DNA of 64,000 bases from Mantamonas sphyraenae STR306. Its lineage: Eukaryota; Protista; CRuMs. Shown in pieces: positions 11,293 through 22,093 of the stretch. The notes beneath the pieces were generated by a model that saw only the letters and a program-made list of their open reading frames with translations, searched no databases and was not told the origin of the DNA. The stretch covers positions 124,001 to 188,000 of the forward strand of contig JAPMXV010000044.1 of NCBI GenBank assembly GCA_026936335.1, written 5' to 3'. A program made the position numbers and the translations under genes. How positions within the stretch are numbered: position 1 is the stretch's first letter; every line of letters begins with the position of its first letter.

Positions 11293-13014
11293 TCACTTCC
11301 TGCCGCGCAGCTGCTTCTTCGCCCTGTTGGCCAGGGTCAACGAGCTGGCCACTCGGTACATGGACATCTTCTTGGCAGACGACTCGAGGTGGCTGGTGGA
11401 CAGGTTTGCGCGTGCGGCACGTGGGCTGCTGGCAAGCATGCGCGAGCGAGCAAGGAGGTCGTTGTGCTGCTCGACACGCGCTTTCAGGGCGTTTGCATCG
11501 CGTGCCTGCATCAGCAGTTCCTTGTCTTCGTCCACAGTGGCCTTTGCAAACAGATTGCTGCTCTCCTGCGCCTGTGTGCCCTCCACGTAGATGGGCACAT
11601 ACCATTTGGCCTTGTCCACACTGTTGGAGATCACCAGATTGCCAAACCATTCACCTGCCTTGCGTGGGTGCACCAGCACATCGATGTGCTTGCTCATCCC
11701 GGGTGCAATCGAACTGGGCTTGTATACCGTCGTCACACAGGGAAGATTTCCCAGTGTCAACACCTGCACTCGCAGCGGTTGGGCGTGCGCCAACGCCCCG
11801 TTTGCACTCAGTGTGATACGCATCTTTCGCACCGTGTTCACACGCACTTTCCCTGCGTACAACACCTGGTGTTCAAACTCCTCGTACACTCTGTGTGTGC
11901 CCTGCCGGCCCCCGCGCACCACATCCATCGACTTTGGCAAGTGGTCGAACATGGCGTTGTCCCTGCTGTCGTAGCATGTGCGCACCTGCAACACGGTACT
12001 CCTCGGCGCCTGCCCCACCGTCCATTCGTACAGCGTAAAGAACCGTTTGAGCGTCTTTGTCCGTGTCACAGCCTCAACCACCGGCAGGCCTCGTCCGCCA
12101 CCCTGCAGATCCCGAGGCACGTCCTTTTCCCCCGTATACTCCTCCAGAAAGCGGTTGGTCACCGTTTTCGGAATAAAGTCGTACTGTTCCCGCAGTCTGG
12201 CCTTGTGTCGTTCCGCCTCCACGCTCTCTCGATTGTGCAGGATGTCCACCACCCGTCGCACCAGCTCCGGCACCTCCACTTTCACCTTTCCCTCGCCCTT
12301 CTCCACCACTGTTTCCTCCACCTCCTTGCCTCCCACGCGAAAGCCTCCTCTTTTCTTCCACTCCCCACGCGAGCTTGTCTCTGTGCCTGCACTCATGCTG
12401 CTCGTGCTGCTGCTACTGCTACGTCTGCTGTTCCCTTTCCCTTGCGACTGATGCATGCCGCGTCGTGGACGTACCACCTCAAACTGAGAGTGTCCTGTGT
12501 TGTTCTTCTCCTCCTCCTCCTCTTCCTCTTCCACCTCTGCTTCCCAGCTGTAGCTCTTGCGCGGACGTGGAGTTGCAGCGTACTTCTTGCCCTGCCGTGC
12601 GGGTGTCGAATGGCTGCCTGCGAGCACAGTAACTCGTTTCTGCGGGCTCTCATCCTCTGAAATGGCGACTGCAAAGCCCACGCGGCCCTCACGATGTCCC
12701 CCACGCCCTCCCTGCTGCGCTGCCTCGGAACCCGGAAATCTGTCCGTTGTCACCTGCGAGCTTTCGTCCCCGCTACTTGCGTACGACGACGACAGCGACA
12801 CTGGGAGCCCACCCATGGCGTCACTGGAGCCGTATCCACTGTGTGAAGAAGGGTCTCCTACGCCCTCAGACTGTGGAGAGTCCTCCAGGGGCTGCACCAC
12901 AAACCGGGTGCCCCGCTCTTCAAACCCAACATCCACCTGCAACTTGCGCCCATGTGCTCGTGGCTGTGCCCTTCGCACCCTCGGCGACTGTGTGGCCGAG
13001 CCCAGCGGGAGCAT
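11293..13014 (-). CDS. Protein with a disordered N-terminus and a C-terminal ASH/PapD-like Ig domain; possibly ciliary
   Basis: Long ORF; VYKPSSIAPGMSKHIDVLVHPRKAGEWFGNLVI resembles ASH-type Ig domains of ciliary proteins (from memory); start uncertain (13014 or 13065). Confidence 0.65.
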   Translation of the reverse strand: MLPLGSATQSPRVRRAQPRAHGRKLQVDVGFEERGTRFVVQPLEDSPQSEGVGDPSSHSGYGSSDAMGGLPVSLSSSYASSGDESSQVTTDRFPGSEAAQQGGRGGHREGRVGFAVAISEDESPQKRVTVLAGSHSTPARQGKKYAATPRPRKSYSWEAEVEEEEEEEEKNNTGHSQFEVVRPRRGMHQSQGKGNSRRSSSSSTSSMSAGTETSSRGEWKKRGGFRVGGKEVEETVVEKGEGKVKVEVPELVRRVVDILHNRESVEAERHKARLREQYDFIPKTVTNRFLEEYTGEKDVPRDLQGGGRGLPVVEAVTRTKTLKRFFTLYEWTVGQAPRSTVLQVRTCYDSRDNAMFDHLPKSMDVVRGGRQGTHRVYEEFEHQVLYAGKVRVNTVRKMRITLSANGALAHAQPLRVQVLTLGNLPCVTTVYKPSSIAPGMSKHIDVLVHPRKAGEWFGNLVISNSVDKAKWYVPIYVEGTQAQESSNLFAKATVDEDKELLMQARDANALKARVEQHNDLLARSRMLASSPRAARANLSTSHLESSAKKMSMYRVASSLTLANRAKKQLRGRK

Positions 13015-13167
13015 CGTGGTGTGTGGTGTGTGTGGGTTGGTTTGGCGCCTGCAGCGACACTTCATTGCTTGCTTGCTTCCTCAACACCACCAGCATCTTT
13101 CTCCACATGCAGTGTGGAGGGTACGGTGGGACATGGGAATGCGCTTGCACTGCGATGCAGAAGCGCT

Positions 13168-14190
13168 TTAATGCTGCTGCTCGAGGGCCGAGCGGCACTG
13201 GGACGGGATGTTGAACACCGACGGGTCCTTGATGCCCGGGGTGATGTTCCAGAAGTCCATGACATCGACACCACGGTTGGAGAAGATAAAGGTGTTGTGC
13301 ACGGGGATGCAACCCTCGGCGGTGACCGAGGCGAAGAAGTGGTCGCCAGCAAAGCGGCCATGGGTACCCACAACCTCAAAGATGTTGGTCTTCAGCGAGC
13401 CACCAATGGTCACCGAGGCCTTGAAGTGAGCGTCCTGCGGGATGCAGTCCTTCCTCATCGGGTGGTTCACCTCCTGGATGATGCACGAGTCGTTGAAGAT
13501 CACAAAGCGCTTGTTCTCGCTGTGCAGAGTGATCTCGCTGTACTGGTAGTGGTGGCCGTCCTGCTCCACAAAGCCGTGCGAAGCCTCACGCTGGTTCTTG
13601 TAGTCTTTTGTGTGTGTCAGTGAATACAACAAGCGAAAAAGAGGGAGCACATGGCTCTCCAACGCCGCGTTTCCCCCGTGCGAAGAGTTTGGAGCAAAAA
13701 AAAAGGGGTTGGCTGTGCTGCTGCTTGCGTGGACACACAAGCCTCTCTGCCTGGTGCTGTCCTCAGCGCCTTGCGCGTTGTCAAACACTGCCACGTACCG
13801 TAGTGCATGCGGTTCATGTTGAACTCCTTGCGGTCGGGGAACCAGTTGTTCAGGTCTCCCTCCTGCGCAAAAAAAGCGGAAAAGTCGACGGCGGAGTCAG
13901 CCTCTTGTTCTCTTTTTCCCTCCCCGCCTGCTTCCCTTGCATCTCTCCTCCTATTTGCCCCGGGCTGTTCTCTCTTCTCTTCTTCCTCTCTCCTCTCACT
14001 CTCTCTCTGTCAACGTACCCACTGCTCCGGCGAGCAGCATGGCGAAGGCGGGGTTTGGGCGACCACGAGGGCCACCAGAGCGAGCACAACCACAATTGCA
14101 GTCTTCCTGTCGGACCCAGTGGGTGTTAGTCATCACACACACACAACCACACACAGTATTCATGGGCCACGGTTGACCCAACACGCACAT
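13168..14190 (-). CDS. Ependymin-related (EPDR-like) secreted/lysosomal protein, 4 coding exons
   Basis: Exons 14190-14189 (AT), 14106-14019, 13862-13799, 13604-13168 give signal peptide MKTAIVVVLALVALVVA, then PSPCCSPEQWEG, HYDYKNQR, CIPQDA, GCIPV and FWNITPGIKDPSVFNIPSQC, the ependymin-family Cys pattern. Confidence 0.85.
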
Positions 14191-14395
14191 GTTTTGTTTT
14201 CCGGTGGGTGGCTCGACGCTCGCCCGCTCTCTTCCCTCTTCCCTCCTTCAACCCTCCACCTCCACCTATGTGCTTGTTCCCATTCCCCCCCTCCCCCCCA
14301 AGCCCCACAACCCCCCCACACCCCCACTTTCCCTCTGTGTCCTTCTCCTCCCTTCCGTCCATTCCTCGCGTCGTTTGCACCAACCAACAACAGCA

Positions 14396-15289
14396 ATGCG
14401 TGCCATCACCGCCTTTGCCATTCTCGCCATGTGCACCATGGTGCTTGCTTCCCCTTACCTGCGCAACTTCCACCTGGAGCGTGTCAGCGAGGTCGCCCCC
14501 GTGACCAAGGCCGGCGTCGACCCTGAGAAGGCCATCGAGCAGTTCCTTGAGGGCTTTGCTCTCGGCCTCGGTACGTACCATCCATGACTGGTTGCCCCTC
14601 GCTCTCTCCACCTTCTCCCCCAACAAGGTGCACCCGTCCGTCCTGTCCTTCGTGCCCACCTGTCCTCGTCCCAACAGCCCCTCCCAGCGGTCCCGCTCAC
14701 CCCCCCGTTTGCCCTTTCCACCGTCCGTTTTCCTGGCCTTGCAGAATCCGACATCGGAAACGTCAGCCAGTGCATTGTTGATGCCGGCGCCACCTACCAG
14801 AAGTTTGACTCTGCCTTCCACGACCTCGAGGAGGGTTTCAAGCACATCAGCGCTGCTCTCATCCAGAAGGGCCTTGCCGGTACGTGCACTACGCCGCCCC
14901 CTTTTTTTCCCGCTGCATCCTAGTTCACGCCGATTTCCGCCCCTTCCACGCCTGCTCTGCGCTTCCCACTCCCACTACGCCCCAGCTCACCTCACCCACC
15001 CACACCGCACTCGTGCACAGAGCTTGGCCAGGGCGTGCAGGACATCTCCAAGGCCGCCAAGGACTGCGGCGTCGGCACCCTCGCCGACGACATCGAGACC
15101 ATTGCCAAGGAGTTTGAGGAGCCCGATGGATGGATCAAGGTCATCATCACCGAGGTCGTCAAGATCTTTTCGCACGACCACGAGATCACTCAGGACCTCA
15201 AGGGCGCCATTGCCGCCTTCAAGGCCGAGCAGTTCACCCCGGCTGGTCTCTACGTGGGCAAGATTGTCGGCGTGCTCCTCAACAAGTAA
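14396..15289 (+). CDS. Small secreted alpha-helical protein of unknown function, 3 exons
   Basis: Exons 14396-14570, 14745-14879, 15021-15289; signal peptide MRAITAFAILAMCTMVLA; FLEGFALGL..SQCI..AAKDCG..AGLYVGKIVGVLL. Confidence 0.8.
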
Positions 15290-15311
15290 ATGCCGTGCAT
15301 TTCTCTCCTCC

Positions 15312-18300
15312 TCACATGATTGTCACCTGCGCACCAGAGCTCGAGCTGCTCGCTCCGCTGCTCGAGCCTGCCTCGTCGTTGTTGTTGGTCAGCTGCGCCT
15401 TTGCGTTCAGCTCCTCCTCGCTCAGCACCAGCTGGCTCTTGAAGATCTCTGTGTACGTGGAGCGCAGCAGCGGGTACGGGCACGCGTTCTCCAGATAGTT
15501 CATCGTCAGCACGGGCGACGCCTGCACAAACAGATCCAAAAACACAAACATCGAGGCCAGGTTCTCCGGAGGCGAACGCGTCATCCTCAGCAGCACCACT
15601 GCAGACACCTCCACAAAGTTCTTCAGCGTCTTCTTCACCAACGTTGCCGTGGCCCCCTTGTTCAGCGGGATCAGCGTGGTGATCAGTGTGTGGATCGTGT
15701 CGCCCACCACGTGCGTGTTGTTGGCATGCGCCGCAAGCTTTGTCGAGTACTGGCTCGTCGTCCAAATCTGCGTCGTGAATGCGCTCGCGTAGATGTACGG
15801 CAGGTACAGCCACAGCGCGTTGTCTGCTTCATCCACGTTGAACTGCCTCCACGCAGACACAAGCACAGGGTCCGCCATCACGTCCAGGCCGGCATCCAGT
15901 GCCATTGCGCTCACCTCCTTCCATTCCTTGTCGTACATGTATCCGTTCTCCACCTGCGACAGACCCGCAGACAGCAGGCTGTGAACCAGCGGCGCGTGCT
16001 CCATCGCCACCTCCTCCTGCGCCTGGCGCAGCAGCTTGCGGAACTTGAGTCCGCAGCCAATGTGAATCGAAAACGCCATCAGCTCGTTCGTGCCCTGCAT
16101 TGCCGCCAGGTTGTTGCTTGTCGACGGCTCAAACGGGAAGTTGTCCACCAGGTTCTTCAGCGTCGTTTCGTTCTTGCTCAAGATCTCCTTGATCGGATCC
16201 AGCATGTCCGACATGCGCCTCACCAGGTGGTAGTCGAGACAGCGCACACCCGAGGCGCCCACCAGACGCACCAGAGCCTTCAGCTCCTCCAGGTCGCAGT
16301 ACTCCTCAGCACGGAACGCGTCCATGTCCTCCTCGTTCTTCTTTGACTTGCCCGAAGACTGCTCCTTGACCGTCACAAAGCCCTGCTGCACTCCAGAGTA
16401 CAGAATACGTTCTTTGGGGATGCGGTCAAACACAAGGTCCATGTACCAACTGGCAATGGCCCACACCAGCGTCTTTTCCGACTCGCCAGCCTCGTCACGG
16501 AACTGCTTGAAGTTGTTCAGATGCTCGTCCGTGCCGGCAAACGCAGGCAGGCAAAAGTGGCCCGAGAACACCATGTGCACCACTGCGTCCACGTCCAGGC
16601 CCACATAGTGCTGCACGCTCTTGATCACGCTCAGGTACGTGTTCACCTGAGCTTCCAGCAGCGTCGGGCGCTGCATCTTGTTCTCCTCCAGGAAGCATGC
16701 CTTCATCACAAACGTGGCCACGCAGAACACGAGCTGCTCGCGCAGGTACTCCACGGGGCTCACCACCGTGTCCCAAATCACAAAGTTGCCCACGGACTTG
16801 ATGGCGTTGCAAAACATCACCAGGCTCTGCTTGTACAGCGCCAGAGCCTGGATGTTGTCATCCTCTACGCCGTAGCGCGACTCGCTTCCGGGTTCCGGCG
16901 GCATCACAAGGTCCTCCTCCTTGTTCTTGCCGCTCTTCTTCTTCTTTTTCTCGTCGCTGCGCGCCTGAGCTCGCTTGTACTTGATCTCCTGCACAAGTGC
17001 GGCTTGCGTAGGCAACAGCTGCATGGCCAAGCTGTTGTAGCCCTTGTTGCCCGAGATCTGCGCAATCACCGCCGCAATGCGCGCGGAAATCTTGGCGCAC
17101 GTGTCCTCTGCAAACTCGATGGCCGTCAGCGCCAACGAGGCCTTTTCGCCGGAAATGGTGGATGAGCCCGTGGACGGGAAGTGGCGTGCGATGCGCGCGC
17201 ATGCGACCACGTGCAGCGGGTCCTCCGAAGCGCTGTGCAGACAGTCGTCGATGGTCAGCGCCAGTTTGGCCGGGAACCAGCACAATTCGCCCAGGGTGCA
17301 GTCCTCGCGCACAATGTCCATGGTGTTGCGTGCGTAGCGCGCGTGGCGGTCGAGCAGCAGGGCGCTCTGGACCACCTTGGGAATCTTGAGGATGGTGATG
17401 TGCGAGTTGGTGACAAACTGCACCAACAGGCGCAGCCAGTTCAGCTGGGCCAGCTCCAGCGCAGCCATGTCCTCCTCCGAGCCCGTGGCGTCTTCGCTCT
17501 TGAGCTTGCGCGCCGTGTCCCACATCTGCTTGAACATGCTCATCTGGTTCTGCGAAAAGTCCTCACCAAAGGGCTCGACCTCCGTCTGCAGCGCGTCGGC
17601 GTCCACGTTGGACAGGTAGTCGATGTAGTACAGCTGGATGACACGCAGGTACTTCTGCACCAGGTCGGTCAATGAGTCGGCCAGGTACAGCAGCGCAGAG
17701 AAGTTGGGGTCAAAGAACGAGTCGGCATCAAAGTTCTTGACGCCCTTGACCTTGGGCGGCGTGGTGTCCACGTGCATGATGTACCACATGATCTCCTTTC
17801 GAGCCAGAGCCAGCGAAGCAAACACAATGGGCAGCTTTGGGGGAAGGAGGCCAGGCTTGCGCTTCAGAAGCGCCAGCGTGTGGGACATGTCGTAGCGCAG
17901 CACGTCACGCACCTGCATGTGCTTCAAGGCGCTTGTGGTCACAGACGTCACCGCGCACTCTTGAAGGATCTTTTTGTTGGCGCTGTTGCTCAGCTTCAGC
18001 GCCTTTGTTTTGTAGTTGCCAAACATCGTTTCGTACTCCGCATGCATGTTGATGGTCATGTCACGGAACACATGGAACACAAAGGCGTCCGACAGTGCCA
18101 CCTTGAGCATGCCCATGTGGTTCGGGTCGGCCAGAAGCGACGGGCACACCAGATACGACCAGGTCATCCAGCGGTAGTAATCGTTGATGTGTTGGAGCTC
18201 CAGCACAAACTGCGTGCACGTGCGTTGCAGAGACCACACAGCGCGAGTGCGTATGGCAGAAAGGGTACGTGTAGATGCAGGTCGTGGGGCATGGCGTGTG

Positions 18301-19342
18301 AATGTGTGTGTTTGGTGTGTGTGTGTGTCAGTGTGTGGACGAAGCGCAAGCGCGTAGCTCGGGGTGCTCGCGGACGTTTTCACACACTTCCCCCTTTTCC
18401 CAGCGGCTGTCCATTGTTGCCTGCTTTCGCGGCCACACACGCCCCTCCATTATGCTCCAATCTGTGTGCCTGCACACATGCGAGGTCCACGTGCAGCACG
18501 TGGGGCATGCTGGATGGCCGCATGGCACGGTTTGCGTCACCGGGAGGGGAAAACCCGCCGCGAAAACTCTCCCTCTCACTTTGGGGGCTTTCTCCTAGCC
18601 CCTTTTGTCGCCCTTTCTCTCTCTATGCACCTACCTGATCCGTCACCGGCTGGGTCTGCTCCTGGCTCTTCTTGTCGGTGTGCAGCGAGAGCTCGCCGTT
18701 TGCACGCATGGTGTCTGGTTCAGTCGTACGGTAGATGCTCATCATGACGTCGTCCATGATGGAGCCCACCGTTTCGCACAGCGGCAGCATGGTTTCCTGC
18801 AGCGCCTTGAATGGCTCGTCCGTACCCTGGATCAGTGTGCTCATTACGCCAAACGTGGGCTCGTGGCGGTTCTCGTTCGCCTGGAAGGCAAGCGCATAGA
18901 GACCGGAAATCAGGCGCAGGTCAGGGATGCGCGAAACCATCACGTCCATGCGAATCACGTCCACAAACAGGTTCATGAAGCCCACCAGCAGCTGCGGCGT
19001 CGTCTGGAACTTGATCATGGTGGCATTGCGTGCCATGTCCTCCAGCAGGTCCATGATGGCGCTGCGGTACTCCACCCAGTCCACCAAGGAAGTGTACGCC
19101 GGCCCCAGCACCTCCAGGTACTGGATGCAGTCGCGCTTCAGCAGGTCGAACCCTGCCACCGTGTCGATGTTGTTGAATTGAGGGTACTTGCTCACCACCG
19201 CCTTCACCACCTTTTCCAGCGCCTTTTCCCGATAGAACGGGATGGCCTGCTGCGACAGATCCTTCTGCGTCTTGTAGATCCGTGCCATGCAGTCGCGTGT
19301 CGACGAGCGCAGCACAGTCAGTTGTTCCGCAATCGAACTCAT
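15312..19342 (-). CDS. NCKAP1: Nck-associated protein 1 (Nap1/Hem), WAVE/SCAR complex subunit, 2 exons
   Basis: Exons 19342-18635 and 18209-15312; IAEQLTVL..MARIY, KPGLLPPKLP, PGSES, VSPVEYL, AEEYCDLEEL, LAAHANNTH, YLENACPYPLLR. Confidence 0.92.
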
Positions 19343-19490
19343 GATGTGTGTGTGTGTGTGGGTGTGGTGTGGTGTGTTGCTGGGTGCGACGGCGCAACCA
19401 CTTCCCTTTCCACCCACACACGGTCCCCCAAAAACAAACACCCCACCCCACCATCTGCCTTCACACGGACAACCTCCACAAACAGCACCC

Positions 19491-21085
19491 ATGAGCATCA
19501 GCAAGAAGGCCTCCAAGAAAAAGTTCAACTCGTACCTCGTCAACGGCGTGCGCTTTGACATCACCAACGACTACGAGTTGGACAAGCCCATCGGCCAGGG
19601 AGCATACGGATTCGTCTGCTCCGCCTACAAGGGGGATGAAAAAGTCGCCATCAAGAAGGTTGGCAATGTGTTTGATCATCCCACAGACACCAAGCGCACT
19701 CTGCGCGAGCTCAAGATCATGAAGCATCTCGGCCAGCACGAAAACGTACGGTTTCCCGGCTCCTTTCCTTGGCCACTGCCCCACCCCTGTCCGCACGCCC
19801 TCCCGTCCTCCCACCTTGTTTCCTGCCTCCTGTTTCCCATGCCCCTCCACCCCTTCTCGCTGGGCTCTTGTCCACGTGGGCCCCGTTCGTTGAGCGATTC
19901 ACCCGGACTCCGGTGCGTTTTCCCCTCTTCGAAACGAAAACCGTCTGTTCCCTGACACCCAATTGCCCGCACGTCCCGTCGGCGCCGCACACGGCTGATG
20001 TTGGCAACACACTATCCACCTCTGCAGATCCTTGCCATCAAGGAGATCATGGAGCCGAAGAACAAGGACTCGTTCAAGGACATTTACATTGTCAGCGAGC
20101 TCATGGACACAGACCTGCACCAGATCATCATCAGCCCGCAGGAGCTCACCGACGACCACAACCAGTACTTTCTCTACCAGCTCCTCCGTGGCCTCAAGTA
20201 TCTTCACTCGGCACACGTCATGCATCGCGATCTCGTGCGTTTTTTTTTCTTTCTCGGCCACGTCTGTGTTTGCTCTCTTTCGATTTGGCCATTTCGCCTT
20301 TGCGCGCTCACACGTCCACACGTCACCCACCTGCACCCGCGACCCCCCACCACTGCCTCCCCCACTGCCGCCTGCTGCCGCCCATGCGCCCTACCACCAT
20401 ACAGAAACCTTCCAACTTGCTTGTGAACGGCAACTGCGACCTCAAGGTGTGCGACTTTGGCTTGGCCCGTGTGGCAAACCCCGAGGAGAACTACGACGGC
20501 TTCATGACAGAGTACGTGGCCACACGTTGGTACCGTGCGCCAGAGATCATGCTCTCGTGGCGCCAGTACACCAAGAGCATGGACATGTGGTCCGTGGGCT
20601 GCATCTTTGCCGAGCTGCTTGGCCGCAAGCCCCTGTTCCCTGGAAAGGACTACTTGGAGCAGATCGACCTCATCACCGATATCCTCGGCTCGCCCAGCGA
20701 GGAGGACATCGAGCAGATCACCAACGAAAAGGCACGTCGGTACATGCGCTCCCTTGACCAGAAGGACGGCGTGCCCTTTGAGGAGCTTTACCCGGACGCC
20801 AGCGAGCTCGCCATCGATCTCCTCTACAAGATGCTGACCTTCAACCCGGAGAAGAGGATAACCGTTGAAGAGGCACTGGCCCATCCCTACCTCGAGGCCC
20901 TCCACGACGAGGACGACGAGCCCGAGTGCTCGGTCGCCTTTGACTTTTCGTGGGAGAAGGGAGAGCTCACAAAGCCCATCCTGCGCGACCTTCTGTTTGG
21001 CGAGATGCTCGTGTACCATCCGGAGCTCCGCGACAAGCGCAAGAAGAGCAGCAGCAACAGTGGCAGCAGCAGCAGCCGAGAATGA
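19491..21085 (+). CDS. ERK1/2-type MAP kinase (TEY activation loop), 3 exons
   Basis: Exons 19491-19745, 20028-20234, 20405-21085; [49 protein letters not shown] domain LHDEDDEP. Confidence 0.95.
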
Positions 21086-21175
21086 CAGACACCACACACA
21101 CAACCAAACAAAATCTGCTGGATCTGCATCACCACCCTTCCATTTTTCCTTCTCCCGCACCCTCTCCTCCTGTTC

Positions 21176-22060
21176 TTACGCCACACTCAGCAACAGCGCC
21201 GTGCCTCGCTTGGTCCAGAAGCTCGGGTCCTTCGAGCCAGTCTTGAGATCCACATGCAGCATGAAGCTTGGTCGCTCGCGCGTGCCTGTGCGTACGGGGT
21301 AGATGTAGCAGGGGCAACTGTACAGACCCGTCTTGTTCACCAGGCCCTTGCGCTTGCCCTCCGTCACTGGCTTGTACGGACGGAAGTGAATCACAGGCAT
21401 CTCGCACATCAGCTCCAGCGTGTCCGGCTCGTCCAGGCAGTTGGAGCCCAGGTTCCACGTTGCTCCTTCCAGGTACAGCCCGCTCACGTAGGCACCGTCC
21501 TCCGGTTGCGAGCCGATCTCGCTCGGGTCCTGGTTCACAATGTTAAACTCCCACGACAGCAGGTCGATACTGTCCTCCATCTTGCGCGCATACTTCTGCT
21601 TCAGCGCCGTCAGGAAGCCCATCGGGAAAGTAAAACCGGCAAGCCAGAACACATTCGGCTCGCCCTTCAGTGCCCAGTTGGTCAGCTGGTCGATGCGCTG
21701 CTGCAGGTCCTTGACCCACGGAGCCAGTGTCTTGACGCTCAGGTAAGCAAAGCTCCACAGCGGCGGCACGCGTCCGTCGTTCAGGTACGCAAACACCTCG
21801 TCCAGCTCCTCTGACATCACCACCAGACCCTGGATACCCATGCGCAGGTCCACCAGCGACTTGCGCACCACACGCAGCAGCACGTTGTATCGGCCCATTT
21901 CCTGCAGGAGCACCACGTCCAATGGACTTCTCTCTTCCTGCTTCTGCTGCGCCTGCACCTCGTCCACACGGAAGTCTTCCGGCAGTGTCTGGAGGATATC
22001 CGACGCAACCTTGAACACCTTGTTCGCCACAGGATCGGTGCCTACTGACGGTCCGCCACC

Positions 22061-22093
<33 letters not shown>

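Noticed and set aside
18210-18634. Long Nap1 intron with small hairpins (for example CCACGTGCAGCACGTGG) as a possible ncRNA host
   Set aside because: No C/D boxes or convincing H/ACA layout; short stems are expected at this GC content.
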